Origin: Podarcis muralis
Taxonomy: Eukaryota
Assembly (NCBI RefSeq): GCF_964188315.1
Contig: NC_135655.1
Span: 74,338,001-74,402,000, forward strand
Reading direction: 5' to 3'
Length of the DNA: 64,000 nt
A program made the position numbers and the translations under genes. Below are positions 35,591-48,709 of this stretch, one piece after another (the stretch's first letter is position 1; every line of letters begins with the position of its first letter). Below the pieces are notes generated by a model. It had not been told where the DNA came from and made no database searches. It saw only the letters and a program-made list of their open reading frames with translations.

Positions 35591-37972
35591 CAGGTTTTAT
35601 GGGCTGCTGACCTCATTCCCCTGCTCTTTCTCCCAGGTTAGGGTGGGTTGTTTTGCGGGGGAGGGGGAGAAGAAGAATTTCCAAGCGGCTCCACATCATG
35701 GCCGCTGTCGTTCAATGGGTGTGGGGCAAGGGAAACCAAGCTACAATTCCCAGGGGGCAATGGGGATTATGATAATACAGATATGTGTGATGCCATCTGA
35801 ATGTGAAATCTATTCTTCTTTCCCCCTTGGAATCAGACAATAGGGCTGGTATAGAAGACAACAGAGGCCATTACAACCAATTATCACATTATCAGTAAAC
35901 ATAGTGGTTTTATTTTAGGGGCTTATATAAGATCACACAACAGAAACAAAACAACAACAAAGAAATAACAAAACAACACACTATTGCTATACTTAACAAT
36001 CCCAAAAAGTTCCAATAGAAAAGTATCTCATTGTCTTTTAATATCAGGAATAAAGATGAGCATTACAGGAATAAAGATGAGCTGTGCAAATATGTGCAAC
36101 CATCTGTTTTGGACCATTTGAAATTCGGGAAAATGACAAATGTACTCAGTTCACCTTCCTAAACAAAGTGGCTGAGGGAAGTGGTTTATTTTATTTTTTA
36201 AGCTTAAATATGTGCACTGTAGCTTCTGCAATGCTCCCTGTTTCCTCCTGGACTGGGAGGTGACAGGAAGGAGTGTGGAAAGCATGATGGAAGCTTGGAG
36301 AGAACCACTGCAACATGCTTGTTCAAGCGTACATTTTTAACCACCAGCTTGGGCCACCTCATTTAAAAAGGTAAACCAATCCCACCTCACTTCTCTGCAG
36401 TAGGAAGCAACAGGGAAACCATCCTAACATTGGTTCAGTAGTCATCCTAATGCTCCCCCCCCCCCAAAAAAGTGGCATTGTAAGGTCATTACATGTGAAG
36501 AAGTATAACAACAACAACAACAACAACAACATTCAAAACAAAACTCAGAGAAGCATTTTTCTGAATGCCTGTTGAGAAAGCTCATAACTACTGAGTTGAT
36601 TTTGAATCAAGCCGAGGTGAGCTCACCCAGCACAAAAATGTCAAAGAATAATTGCAGGGCTAATAACAAAAACCGAACAAAGAGACTAATGGTGGGAGAG
36701 CTTTTCTAATTTGTTTGTTTTTTGCCTAAGTGCAGGTAATTTGATCAAATATGCAGTTGATCTATGCACAAAAAAGGCCTCCATTATTTTAATGATGCTC
36801 TCTAGAGCCAAAATAAAGGTTTCATGCCACTTCTGAGACTTGGCACTAGACTGTTGTATTGACTGAGTCCTCAAATATCATCTAAAGAATTTCCGTCTGC
36901 GTCAACTCAGAGCTCCCACCCAGCCCAGAGTAATGCCTCAGTTCATTAGGTCTTAGACACAGAGGATTTGGAAGCGAGGTGTGTGAATGATGTGAGTACC
37001 AGTGAGTAAAGGATTAAAGTTACCCACACTTTTATCCTAAAACACTTCCGGCAATTTTTTTAGCTACTTCACAATCAGACCATATACACTGGAGTAATCC
37101 CATTAGGGCTGCTTCTGCTCCCAAGATTTTAACAGTTGCCTGATCTGCAGACATTAGCACATCTGTAGGCTGTGAGAAGTTGCCAGGGCTGATTTCAACA
37201 GATGAAGGTACTATGAAAGTCACTGGATGGAATTCAGTGTAGTGGCTAAGGAGATCGTTCCATCAGGCAAACAGAAATGCTTCCACTGATGGAACAATCT
37301 CCTCTTCTCCCGGGGGGAGGTCTCTCAACCTTCCAGAAAGCATTTTGGGGAGTGGGATAGTCCTGTTTTGCTGCCAAAGTCCTTCCACTGGCTTCCACTA
37401 GTATAAGAGGGTAGCTGAATCTGGTTCAAAGAACAAGCCAGACAATGGTTTGCTTGTTTCTTTTTGGTCAGCTGGTGGTCCTCGATCCTACTAGTTTCCC
37501 ATTGGTGTTTTCTTGTAAATATCTGCTAGTTGCACCTTAATTCTGTTCCTGGCTGATCCCATAAGAATCTTGTTATTTCAGAACTCCCAAGAAAACTCTG
37601 CAATGTATCTTCCTGACATGTACAATTATCTATAATTCCTGAGATTGCAACTTTGACAAAGCATGCGCGTACACACACACCTCTTTTGAAGACATCTGAA
37701 GGCAGCCCTGTACAGTATCAGGAAGTTTTTAACATTTGATGCTTTATTATGTTTTATATATTCTGTAAGCTGCCCAGAGTGGATGGGGAAATGCAACCAG
37801 ATTTCAGGGTTGGGGGGTATATATAATAAAATTGTTGTTGTTGTTGTTGTTTGAGTGTAAATGTGCTAGTTTTTATTTTTATGCCCCATACTAGCCCGAA
37901 GTCATTCCAAATATTTAACAATTCTGCTTCAATACAATGTACAGGGTTTTTTTACTGTACAAACACTGATAT

Positions 37973-38101
37973 NNNNNNNNNNNNNNNNNNNNNNNNNNNN
38001 NNNNNNNNNNNNNNNNNNNNNNNNNNNNNNNNNNNNNNNNNNNNNNNNNNNNNNNNNNNNNNNNNNNNNNNNNNNNNNNNNNNNNNNNNNNNNNNNNNNN
38101 N
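37973..38101. other. Assembly gap (129 N)
   Basis: Run of n. Confidence 0.99.
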
Positions 38102-38505
38102 CAGTCACAAAATAATATAGGACATTGAAGACCAGTGTGGTGTACCAGTTAGTATGTAGGATTTGGATCCGGGAGACCTAGGTTCACATTCCTTACTCAT
38201 CTATGAAGCTAATTGGGCTAGATGCTATCTCTCAGCCTAACCTACCTTGCACAGTTGCTGTAAGCCTTGCAATGCAAGGATAAAATAGGCCAAGGCATGT
38301 ATGTTGTTATTGTTTTGACCCATTAGAGAAAGGGCAGGACAAATAATCTGGCCATCTGGACAAATAATAATTTCAAGGTAAACAAATGTCTGCCTGAAAC
38401 AATGAATTGCTGAAGGTAGCCTGTTCAGACCAGCCTTCCCCAACTTAATGTCCTTCAGATGTTTTGGACTACCACTCCTGTCTGCCCCAGCTAGCATTGC
38501 CAATA

Positions 38506-38720
38506 CAGTGGTACCTCGGGTTAAGAACTTACTTCATTCTGGAGGTCCATTCTTAACCTGAAACTGTTCTTAACATGAGGTACCACTTTAGCTAATGGGG
38601 CCTCCCGCTGCTGCTGCGCCGCCACCGCACGATTTCTGTTCTCATCCTGAAGCAAAGTTCTTAACCCGAGGTACTATTTCTGGGTTAGCGGAGTCTGTAA
38701 CCTGAAGCGTCTGTAACCTG
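38506..38720. mobile_element. Tc1/mariner MITE lacking its right TIR
   Basis: Left TIR and TA present; sequence switches to LTR-like DNA at ~38721. Confidence 0.8.
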
Positions 38721-38856
38721 CATTCTGAATCCTATTGTTCTAGGACCAATCCGACTGCTGCATTTTGGATCCTATTCAACTCAGTACATAACACCCCTCC
38801 CCTCTAAGTTCCAGTCCTGCCCGGGAGGTTGCATTCATAGTCTTCAAGGTCGTACG
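38721..38856 (-). mobile_element. Gypsy 3' fragment: integrase tail, polypurine tract and first ~73 bp of an LTR
   Basis: Minus strand reads ...EDYECNLPGRTGT*, AGAGGGGAGGGG, TGTTATGTAC... Confidence 0.65.
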
Positions 38857-39795
38857 AGGTGCTAACTGATGGGGGACAAAGCTGGCAACCAGCTACGGGC
38901 AACGATTCCCGGGAGAAATCCAGGAGGAGGACAGGTCAGAGGAGTCCCAAGGGAACAGTGGGGCAGTGGGGCCCACAGAGCAGGAGGGGCCCGCAGGGGA
39001 GGCAGAATCAGTAAATACAGAGAGGACCAGCGAGGCCAAAAGGACACCAGAACCAGAGCTACAACTGAGCGAGCCGGTTGTGCCAGACCAAACGGCCCCA
39101 TCGCAGCCAGCATCCTCGGAACATGAGCCAGAACCCGAACCCCTGACCAGGGAATACCCCAGGCTGCAACGCACACGTAGGCGGCTGGCGTACCCTGAGG
39201 ACTATGAATGCAACCTCCCAGGCAGGACTAGAACTTAGAGGGGAGGGTGATGGGAGCTCTACTTTCTAACATCTGAAGGACTAGGTTAGGACATGTGATG
39301 TAGACAATATTGGGCAAGATAGACCACTGTTCTAGCTCAGGGGTTGGCAACCTAAGGCCCATGGGCCACAAGCAGCCCATGGGGGTCGTTTTACCAGCCC
39401 ACGAGCCACCCCTGAACTGAGCCGCCCACTCGGCGAGTCCCTGCGTGCTGCACTAAACTGGCGCAGTGCAGCACGGGGACTTGCTTCCGCAGTGTCGGAA
39501 ATTGTGTCTGCGCAGACACAGACACCGGAAATTGAGAGCGCACATGATCTGGCTCACTGAGGGATCTCTGCTGGAGAGAACCGGCCCAGGTGAGGTAAAC
39601 CTTGCCGACCCCTGTTCTAGCTTGATGAAAAGCCCTGTGTCCCCTTCCACAGCTGCTGCTCAACGAAGGCTGCTGTTGATTGCTGCTCACAACTGCGCAT
39701 CCAAGATACTGTATGTCGCTGCAATATTCCTCTTGAACCAAAATCAACACTAGGCATGGTTACTTACTAGTGTGTTCTTTTATTCTGAGTCACAG
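38849..39795 (+). mobile_element. Gypsy 3' fragment: integrase C-terminus, PPT and probable 3' LTR (interrupted by a hAT MITE)
   Basis: SYEVLTDGGQSW...QRTRRRLAYPEDYEC motif; PPT AGAGGGGAGGG followed by TG at 39248; putative LTR end TCACA near 39795 (boundary uncertain). Confidence 0.6.
39338..39614. mobile_element. Non-autonomous hAT element (277 bp)
   Basis: TIR CAGGGGTTGGCAA / TTGCCGACCCCTG; 8-bp TSD TTCTAGCT. Confidence 0.87.
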
Positions 39796-42163
39796 ATGTG
39801 TAGGACTGTAGTTTTAGAGGCATGGAGCAAATATTTAAGAAGAGTTACCAAAATAATGTCGGTCTCTTCAATTATTTTAAAGTTACTGTTGTCACATTTT
39901 CCTGCCTTAGGGGCTCTGTGTCTTTTAACAACTGATTTAAGAGATACCATTTTTCACACCACTTGTTATCAGCTAGAAAAAGGTTGTGCTGAATTTCTGC
40001 CTGTCACACATCTCGTTAAAGATTCATTGTCGGGGGGGGGGGGATATGACCCAATGAAAAGTACTGTGCATGTTGGCACTGTAGTGTTTGAATTGTAGTT
40101 TTTCCCCACTTGCATAAACAAAAAATAACTACTCTGCTGATGTTCATGTGACTGACAACAAATGTGATCGTGTCATTCCTTCATCATGGGTGGCAGTAAA
40201 TTAACCATTGCTATTTAATTGTTGCTTAAGTTAATCACTCATCAATCCACCCCTACCATACACATTCCGCTTGCTCAGAGTGCAGCAAGCAATTTAGCCT
40301 CCATCCTTTCTGTGGAGACAAACAACCAGAAGCAGTTTCCCATAAAACAACATCCAGATTCAGGAGAGGGATTTTCCTCAGGACTGGAAGAGGAGGAAAG
40401 GGTTAAATATTCCCTCCATGCCTGCTATGATCCAATCCATCTATCAGCACCCCCAGCTGCTGCTATTTCATTCTTTTAAAGCCTGTGTATTAAATGAGAT
40501 ACACACTCGATATTTAAATATGTCAATGTTTAAATGATGTTTTAGTCGCATGTTACAATTTGGCTGGCCCTCAGTCAAATTCCAAAGGTACTGTTGTCTT
40601 CAGATGGGCTGTGCCTTCCCTAATTCAAATTGGACTCAGGCTCTTACAAGGCTGTCCACTGTTGAAGATCATTTAGCTGCTGGAGGCAAGCCAGTTAATT
40701 CTCATTTTACTACGCCTCCTTCTGGTGTATATCTTATATATAATAAAAATGTAAGAGTGTCATCATGCAATCTGTGTTGGAGGATTTGTAGCACCTGATC
40801 ACAATCCTCAATTTGCATAAGGGCAGGGAAGGGTAAGGGAACCAAAGGCAGTGGCTGTGACATGGAAGAGGGAAGGGAGGGTCACTGAGAGAGAGAAAGT
40901 GGTGACTTTTTTTAAAAAAAAGGAGAAGGTATTTTACACTGTGTTAAGTGTTGTCTTCAACACAATGCTCCAGATTCAGTGTGGTAGTAATTTAGAGCAG
41001 GTGCTCTATCCACAAGCAACCATATATGTCCAACATCCATCACCTAAACTTAACCGTCTCTAATTGAACAAGCTAATTGTCAAGCTTGCTCGTAAGATTA
41101 TATGTTTGCTAAAGATAAATATAGTGGGGAAGGGGGATGCAGAATTGGAGAGAAGAGGAAACATGGAAATGGGGGTGGTCTGCATATAAGGGAAATTTGC
41201 AAAAAAGGAGAAAGGAAGAGGCAGGAAAAGGGAGTGGAGGTGAAAATGCAGGTAGGAAAAGTGTTGCAGACTAGGAGGGGGGGTGGTTTCATAACTGGGT
41301 GGAAGGTGAGAAGGGTGCTTAATACTTCCAGTGTGTGTGGGGGGGGGGGGAGATGCAGCAGGTTACCATGTGGTGGTCTGTATGCAAGAGGGTGCACAAA
41401 AGGAGGGGGGAGGGACATGGGGTGAATGTGAAAACAGGGTGCAAAGTCAGCCTGCAGAATAGGAGAAGCAGCCTCAGAAATTGGGATGGTGAAAAGTGAG
41501 CTTAGTAGTTGCATAGATGGGAAGGAGAAGCTCTAGGGGGGTTGATGTAGGGGGAGTGGTGTGGGGTCAGCAAATGGAGTGAGACGGGGCACAGGCGCTA
41601 GTAGGCTTACATATATTTTAAGGGGTGGGTGGTAACATGGACGTCCCACCTACAGTGCATGTCCCCTTTGGACAATATTTCATGCAGCTGATGACTTGCA
41701 CCATTCGTAAATGCTGTTCAACCCATTGTAAGCCACTCAAAGAAGATCCAACTTGCAGTCCATGCATCTTTATCACGGATTGCCACCAATCCCTTCTTGG
41801 TTTGCTGTTCTCACTTCCAACAACTTCCCAGAAATCACTTGATGACAGTTCAGTTGTCACCTTCAATGTTCTCTGGTTCCCATCGCTATGGTAACCTTGA
41901 CCAACATTTCAGATGAAAATAAGGACATGCTAAGTAGCACTCCTGTTTCTTATATGAAGTGTTTCATGCGACAGTGTTTGTGTCATCAAAGAAACTTAGT
42001 ATAAACCTCACGCTGCATTAAGGTCATTTCATACAGAGCTGTTATGGAGCCCACTGTTCTCTCCTTGACTCTCCCTGTATCTTTACAAACACACCCCATT
42101 CTTCTTATTCCACATTCATGATGATACTGTTTGAACCTGCAAACGTTTTGGGATGTTCATACT

Positions 42164-42771
42164 AAAAAAGCCAATGCAATTCTGGGCCTCATCAATAGGA
42201 GTATAGCATCTAGATCAAGGGAAGTAATAGTGCCACTGTATTCTGCTCTGGTCAGACCTCACCTGGAGTACTGTGTCCAGTTCTGGGCACCACAGTTCAA
42301 GAAGGACACTGACAAACTGGAACGTGTCCAGAGGAGGGCAACCAAAATGGTCAAAGGCCTGGAAACGATGCCTTATGAGGAACGGCTAAGGGAGCTGGGC
42401 ATGTTTAGCCTGGAGAAGAGGAGGTTAAGGGGTGATATGATAACCATGTTCAAATATATAAAAGGATGTCACATAGAGGAGGGAGAAAGGTTGTTTTCTG
42501 CTGCTCCAGAGAAGCGGACACGGAGCAATGGATCCAAACTACAAGAAAGAAGATTCCACCTAAACATTAGGAAGAACTTCCTGACAGTAAGAGCTGTTCG
42601 ACAGTGGAATTTGCTGCCAAGGAGTGTGGTGGATTCTCCTTCTTTGGAGGTCTTTAAGCAGAGGCTTGACAACCATATGTCAGGAGTGCTCTGATGGTGT
42701 TTCCTGCTTGGCAGGGGGTTGGACTCGATGGCCCTTGTGGTCTCTTCCAACTCTATGATTCTATGATTCTA
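42164..42771 (+). mobile_element. CR1 LINE 3' fragment
   Basis: [14 protein letters not shown]...[15 protein letters not shown]...RRLRGDM; 3' UTR ending (ATTCTATG)n. Confidence 0.95.
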
Positions 42772-43999
42772 CTGCTTCATATCCAACAGTGCATAGAGTG
42801 TAATTTCCTGCTGAATCTCTGCAACTTTTCATACCACAAATGTTCTGGGTTTTGTTTTGTTGTGACACTTTTGTTGTACTATAGCACACTCCAGACAGTG
42901 ATGTGGTAGCCTGGTGAAAACGTTGCAGAACAACAGAAAGAGTAAAGTAAGTCTACCACTGATGCACTATTATTGTGTCAATAACATGTTGCAGAATACA
43001 CCTGGAATAAAAGATACCATATTCCTCACTTCTTGTTTCCCCTTCAGACTCCTCTCCCTGCTGTTGCTGGTTTTGCTTCTGATCTCTGTACATATTGTTG
43101 CACTAAGGAACCACTGCCAAAGCCCCACCCCTTGCATTATTTCTTGTCCTTTGGGAAGCCTTGAGAGAAGTTACTTGGAGGCTGAATTCATCTTCAGCAA
43201 TAGCAGCTTGCATGCGTGAAGCTGCCATCATAGATCAAAAAGTATCAGCAGAGCCTTCATTTCATCTGATGTTACCTCAGGCAGGAAACATGAAAACGAC
43301 ACCTGTTGCATTTTTGCCTGGCGTGAAGCTTTTAAAGCACAGAGTTTCTGCCAGGAAAAAGGTGGCAATCTTAGGCTTGGCTGACCCAGATGTTTTTAAT
43401 CCTGAGAAATCAGATACCAAGCACACCTAGCTCACAAAGCTGCATCAAAGATGATTCATGGGTGTATCTGTGAAGATTGCTGGGAACAGTGTCAGGGAGC
43501 CGTCAGAAAAGGAAGTTGGGCTTATTATTGTTTGACTCATATTTTTGAGCCCTTAGGGCACAATCTGCTCTCATTTTTGGTCTTTACATCAAACAGGGCT
43601 AGAAACTTTATATTTTGGTGAAACCGGTGATTCTCAGTCTTGTGGCTTTAGCAAATGTCTGACTTTTCAAATTTAAGATATATCAATTTGTGGTAACCAA
43701 CACCAACGGTTTCCAGTCTGCTAGTTCGATTTCCTTTGAATGGCTTATCCTTATCTAGATGATTGATGCATTGAACTGAAGTTACCAATAATACGATGCC
43801 TCTGGAAGTCCTCAGTAGCGTGAAATATGGCCCGCATATCAATCAGGAGCAGAATAAGATAGGCACTGTGCACAGGACAGGGGAATCCATCTGCTTAAAA
43901 AAATGTATATGACAGTACACCTAGTGTTGAAGGAGTCCTGGCTAAATATGAACAATATGATTTGGCTTGCCTGCAGAAGCTAAACATCTCTAAGAGACT

Positions 44000-46900
44000 C
44001 ACAGGGTTCCAAGTGGGTTATAACATTGAGAGCAACCACTTACCCTTAACTCTGGCTTTTGCAGGTCCGCTCCTCAACAATTCTATCATAAGGAAAAAAA
44101 GAAAGGCGATTAATATGATAAAAATAGAAGATCGACTCGTGGAAGACCCAAAGGAAATAAAGGAAAACTTCCTTAAATTCTTTGAAAAATTATATAAAAA
44201 AGAAGAAGAATATATAACAGAAATAGGAAAATATTTAGAAAACAATAGAATAACATCTATAACAGAGGAAGAGAAAGCCCAATTGAACGAGTCTATAAAA
44301 ATAGAGGACGTCCAGGAGGCAATAAAGAGAATGAAACCAGGGAAAGCACCGGGTCCAGATGGATTATCGACCAAATATTATAAAGTCCTGGAGGAATATT
44401 TAGCCCTGGTGTTATGCGATGTAATGAACAATATACTACTGGGAGGGAAGATACCGGACTCCTGGAAAGAAGCGCATATCACGTTGATACCTAAAGCGGA
44501 CTCAGACAAACTGAATGTGAAAAACTATAGACCGATATCGCTTCTCAATAATGACTATAAAATATTTGCTGAAATAATGGCGAATAGACTCAAGAAATAT
44601 CTAAAAAACGTAATACACACGGATCAAGCTGGATTCCTTCCTAATAGACAATTAAAGACAATGTAAGGCACATAATAAACATTATAAAATATTTGGAAAA
44701 GAAGAATGAAATCCCTGCGGTTTTAATTTTTATCAATGCAGAGAAGGCATTCGATAATGTATCCTGGCAGTTTCTATTAAAGTGTATGGAGAAAGCAAGG
44801 ATAGAAGGTGCCTTCTTGGAAGGAATTAAAGTGATCTACTCAAGTCAAAGAGCTAAATTGATTATTAATAATAACTTAACTGATTCATTCACGATCTCGA
44901 AGGGTACGAGACAAGGCTGCCCCTTGTCACCGCTTTTATTCATAATGGTACTAGAAGTAATTGCAAACAAGATAAGGGAAACACCAGAGATACGGGGGAT
45001 CAGAATTGGGCTGAAAGAATATAAATTGAAAGTGTATGCTGATGACTTGGTAATATCGTTGGAGGATCCAAAAAAAAGTGTTGACAAAGTTCTAGTACTA
45101 TTAGAGGAATTTGGGAAAGTATCGAGCTTTAAACTAAATAAAATCAAAACCAAAATGATGGTTAAGAACTTGGGAGAAGATTCAAAGAGACAGTTGGAAT
45201 CTCAATTTGGAATCAAAGAAGCAAAAAAGGTAAAATACCTGGGAGTCTGGCTAACTACGAAAAACATAAATTTAATGGCAGATAATTACATAAACACCTG
45301 GAAAGAAATTCAAAAGGAACTAGATATTTGGAATAGGATAAAACTCTCTTGGTCAGGTAGAATGGCAGCAATTAAGATGTGTATACTGCCGAAACTTCTA
45401 TTTTTATTTCAAAATGTCCTGGTGATTAGAGGAAATTCTATATTCAAAAACTGGCAAAAAATTCTCTCCAAATTTATATGGCAAGGTAAAAGACCGAGAA
45501 TTAGATTTAAATTGTTAACAGACAGAAAAGATAGAGGAGGATTTGTGGTCCCAAATTTGAGATTGTACTATGAAGCCTCATACCTTTGTTGGCTCAGAGA
45601 ATGGATTGTCTTAAAAAACACAGATTTGTTGGATTTAGAAGGCTTCGATTTAAGATTCGGTTGGCACGCCTATCTCTGGCAGAATAAGGAAAAGGTGCAT
45701 AAAGGCTTCTCAAACCATATCATCAGAGGATCCTTGTTAGAGGTGTGGGAAAAGAATAGGAAATTGTTGGAAAAAAACACCCCTTGGTGGTTATCACCCA
45801 TTGATATCTTAACCATTAAAAAATCAAATATAGAAGGTGAGAGATGGACCTATGAAGACCTCCTGGAAAGATCTGAAAAAGGATGGAAAATCAGACCCTA
45901 CGAAGAGCTAAAAGACAAACTAACAGGCTGGCTGCAGTACCATCAAATTAATGCCTTATGGAAAGAAGACAAAAAAACTGGGATGAATGAGAAAAAATCT
46001 AGGTTCCAGGTAGAGATTATAGAAAGTAAAACCAAACTTCTATCCAAAATGTATAACCTGTTACTAGAATGGGATACTAAGGATGAGGAGGTCAAGGAAG
46101 TTATGATAAAATGGGCAATAGACTTTGGATATAATTTGGACTAAGATAATTGGACATGGCTATGGAATAAAGGTATGAAATTTACTGCCTGCACCACCCT
46201 TAAAGAAAATATGGGAAAGATGATGTACCGTTGGTACATCACCCCCGTGAAATTAGAAAAAATGTATAAAGCCGGGGATAATAGGTGTTGGAAGTGTAAA
46301 TCCAAAGAAGGCAGTTTCTATCATATGTGGTGCAAAGGGACACCTGCAGAGAGCTTACTGTAAATATAGGACCTCCAGGTCGCCTCTCTTATTTACTGCA
46401 TACGTCTCTCTTAGACGGAAGTACAAGCAACTAATTAAATGGAAAAGACAGAGAGCAGAAAGAAACGCCTGGTACAGCCTAATAAAGGCCTCACACAAGA
46501 AGGACACATCCTGTTTCTGGCATACCATATCAGGCCTACCAGAGCATGAGCGTAGCAAGCCAGCTTGTACTGTTGAACCCCAAGAACCCCTACTACTCAC
46601 TTTTCCAAGACCAGGATGCTCAGCTAAATCACCCAACAGTATCTCCAGAAAACTTACCAGCTTGGCCCCCAGTGTCCATGACTGAAGTAAAAGACCTAAT
46701 TATGCAGCTAAAAAACAATAAAGCCCCAGGCATTGATCACCTGCCCCCAGAACTTTTGAAGTCCAATATTGACTGGTGGGCACCTCTGCTTGCGGCAATA
46801 TTCTCTCACATTGATTCATCTGGTTTACTCCCTGACAGCTGGGCCATTGCGGTAATCATCCCAATATTCAAAAAGGACCCTACATTGGATCCGGACAGCT

Positions 46901-48709
46901 ACAGACCTATCAGCCTCTTACCTATAGTTAGTAAATTATATGCAAAACACCTCCACAATAAATTAATCAACTGGATTGATGTTGAAGCTATCCTTGTGGA
47001 ACAGCAAGCAGGATTCAGGCAAGGCAGATCTACTATAGACCATTGCTTCGTCCTAGCCCACCTCATAGATAAGTACACCAAGCAATCTTGCAGTGTGCTG
47101 TATGCTGCTTTCATTGATTTGAAAGCTGCTTTTGACTCAATCTCACGAGTAAGACTATGGGCTAAATTGAACACCTCTTTAACCTATACAAACGATTATT
47201 ATATCTGATTAACTGCCTTTACAAAGACACTGTGCTGAAAGTGCGTTGCTCTACAAATGGCCAACTTACAGGATCTGTACCAGCCACAAAGGGAGTCAAG
47301 CAAGGATGCATTTTAGCTCTGGCACTCTTTAACCTATATATGATCCAGTGCCTAACATCTCCAGAGTTCCACACTCCTAAACTGGGCTCAAAACCAATCT
47401 CTGTACTATTATATGCTGATGATGCGGTCCTCTTATCCCAAACAAAAATAAGCCTAAAAATAAGAGAATTCTCAGTGATAAGAGAATTCTCAGTGTAATG
47501 GCAGAGAGAACACCTGGTCGTAAACTATCAGAAAACCAAAGTTATGGTTTTCTCAAGAAAATATAGGCCCCACAGTTGGCGTATGGACAATCAGCCAATC
47601 AAACAGGTCAAAGCTTTCAAATATTTGGGCCTTATCTTCCAGTCCACAGGGTCATGGGAAGCACACCAAAAATGTGCAAAAGAAAAAGCATCCCAAAATG
47701 CCAAAACTTTGACTCGCTTTTTCAATACAAAGGGTGGCAAACATATGCCATCAGCCGTAAAAGTCTTCCAAGCTAAACCCCTAGCCCAGCTACTATACGG
47801 GGCTCAGACGTGGACTGGTAACCACCGTAGCACTTTGGAAGCTGTTCAATCAAAGTTTCTAAGGCGGATTTTTTCTGTACCGCCATGCGTCCCAAACACA
47901 TCATTTGAGACTGGAGGCCAGTCTCCCTTCAGTAGCAGTACGGACTTGGCAAAGAACTCTTAACTTCTGGCTCTGCCTAAACTCAAATCCCCCCCGGTTT
48001 ACTATCCCTTCAAGACTCTCATAAAAGTGCCTGGCTTAAAACCGTCTATCGAAAACTTCACTCTTGTGGCTTATCACCACAACACCTACTCACTATGGGC
48101 TCTATTAAAGCAAACAGTCTAATTGGTCAACATCTAAAAGATATCGAGCATCAGGACAACCTGGCCACTATAAGGAAATTCTGCCCTTGGTATGTTCATT
48201 TTCCACCTCTCCATTTTGATTCTCTGGCCCCATATCTGCACAAACTTATTATCCTAAAATACAGGTGTGCTTTTACACTTGCAAGACTGGATGTTTTGCC
48301 ATCTGCGGTACTTGAGGGTCGATTCCAAAAGATCCCGCCTGAGAAACGTCTTTGCCCTTGTGGAGATGGTAGCATCGAAACAGTGGCACACGTCCTCCTG
48401 TCTTGTACTCTCTACAAAGACTTGAGGAACGAGATCATCACCCCACTCATACTAACCATCCCAAGGTGCTCAACCACTGCCACAATGTCCTTTCTTCTAT
48501 CAGATCAAAATGAGCAGATAACAGCAAAGCTTGCTAGGTTCATAGCAGGGGCAATCAGAATAAGGGCCACTAATGGACTGCTGATTCAGGACTTTAAATT
48601 GTGCTCTTATATCAAATTTCCTTTTCTGCATATACTGTAATGTTTTATTGTTGCTATGGCCATTGGCTAATGCGAATAAAGTTTTATCTATCTATCTTTC
48701 TTTCTTTCT
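44000..48709 (+). mobile_element. 5'-truncated RTE-X-like LINE with an embedded L1 ORF2 segment, bounded by a 13-bp TSD
   Basis: TSD TCTCTAAGAGACT (43987-43999 / 48710-48722); APE end motif ESNHLPL at ~44030; RT motifs KAPGID, YRPISLL, QQAGFR, FIDLKAAFD, YADD (47412); C-terminal CPCGDG..ETVAHVLLSC; AATAAA + (TATC/TTTC)n tail; several frameshifts. Clade name is tentative. Confidence 0.8.
44088..46332 (+). mobile_element. L1-clade LINE ORF2 internal fragment (RT to zinc knuckle), no 3' end or polyA
   Basis: KAPGPDG, NYRPISLLNNDYKI, (D)AEKAFD, GTRQGCPLSPLLF, YADD, CWKC...YHMW; frameshift near 44660 and stop at 46142. Confidence 0.9.

Noticed and set aside
37851-38120. 89-aa ORF
   Set aside because: Spans the N gap
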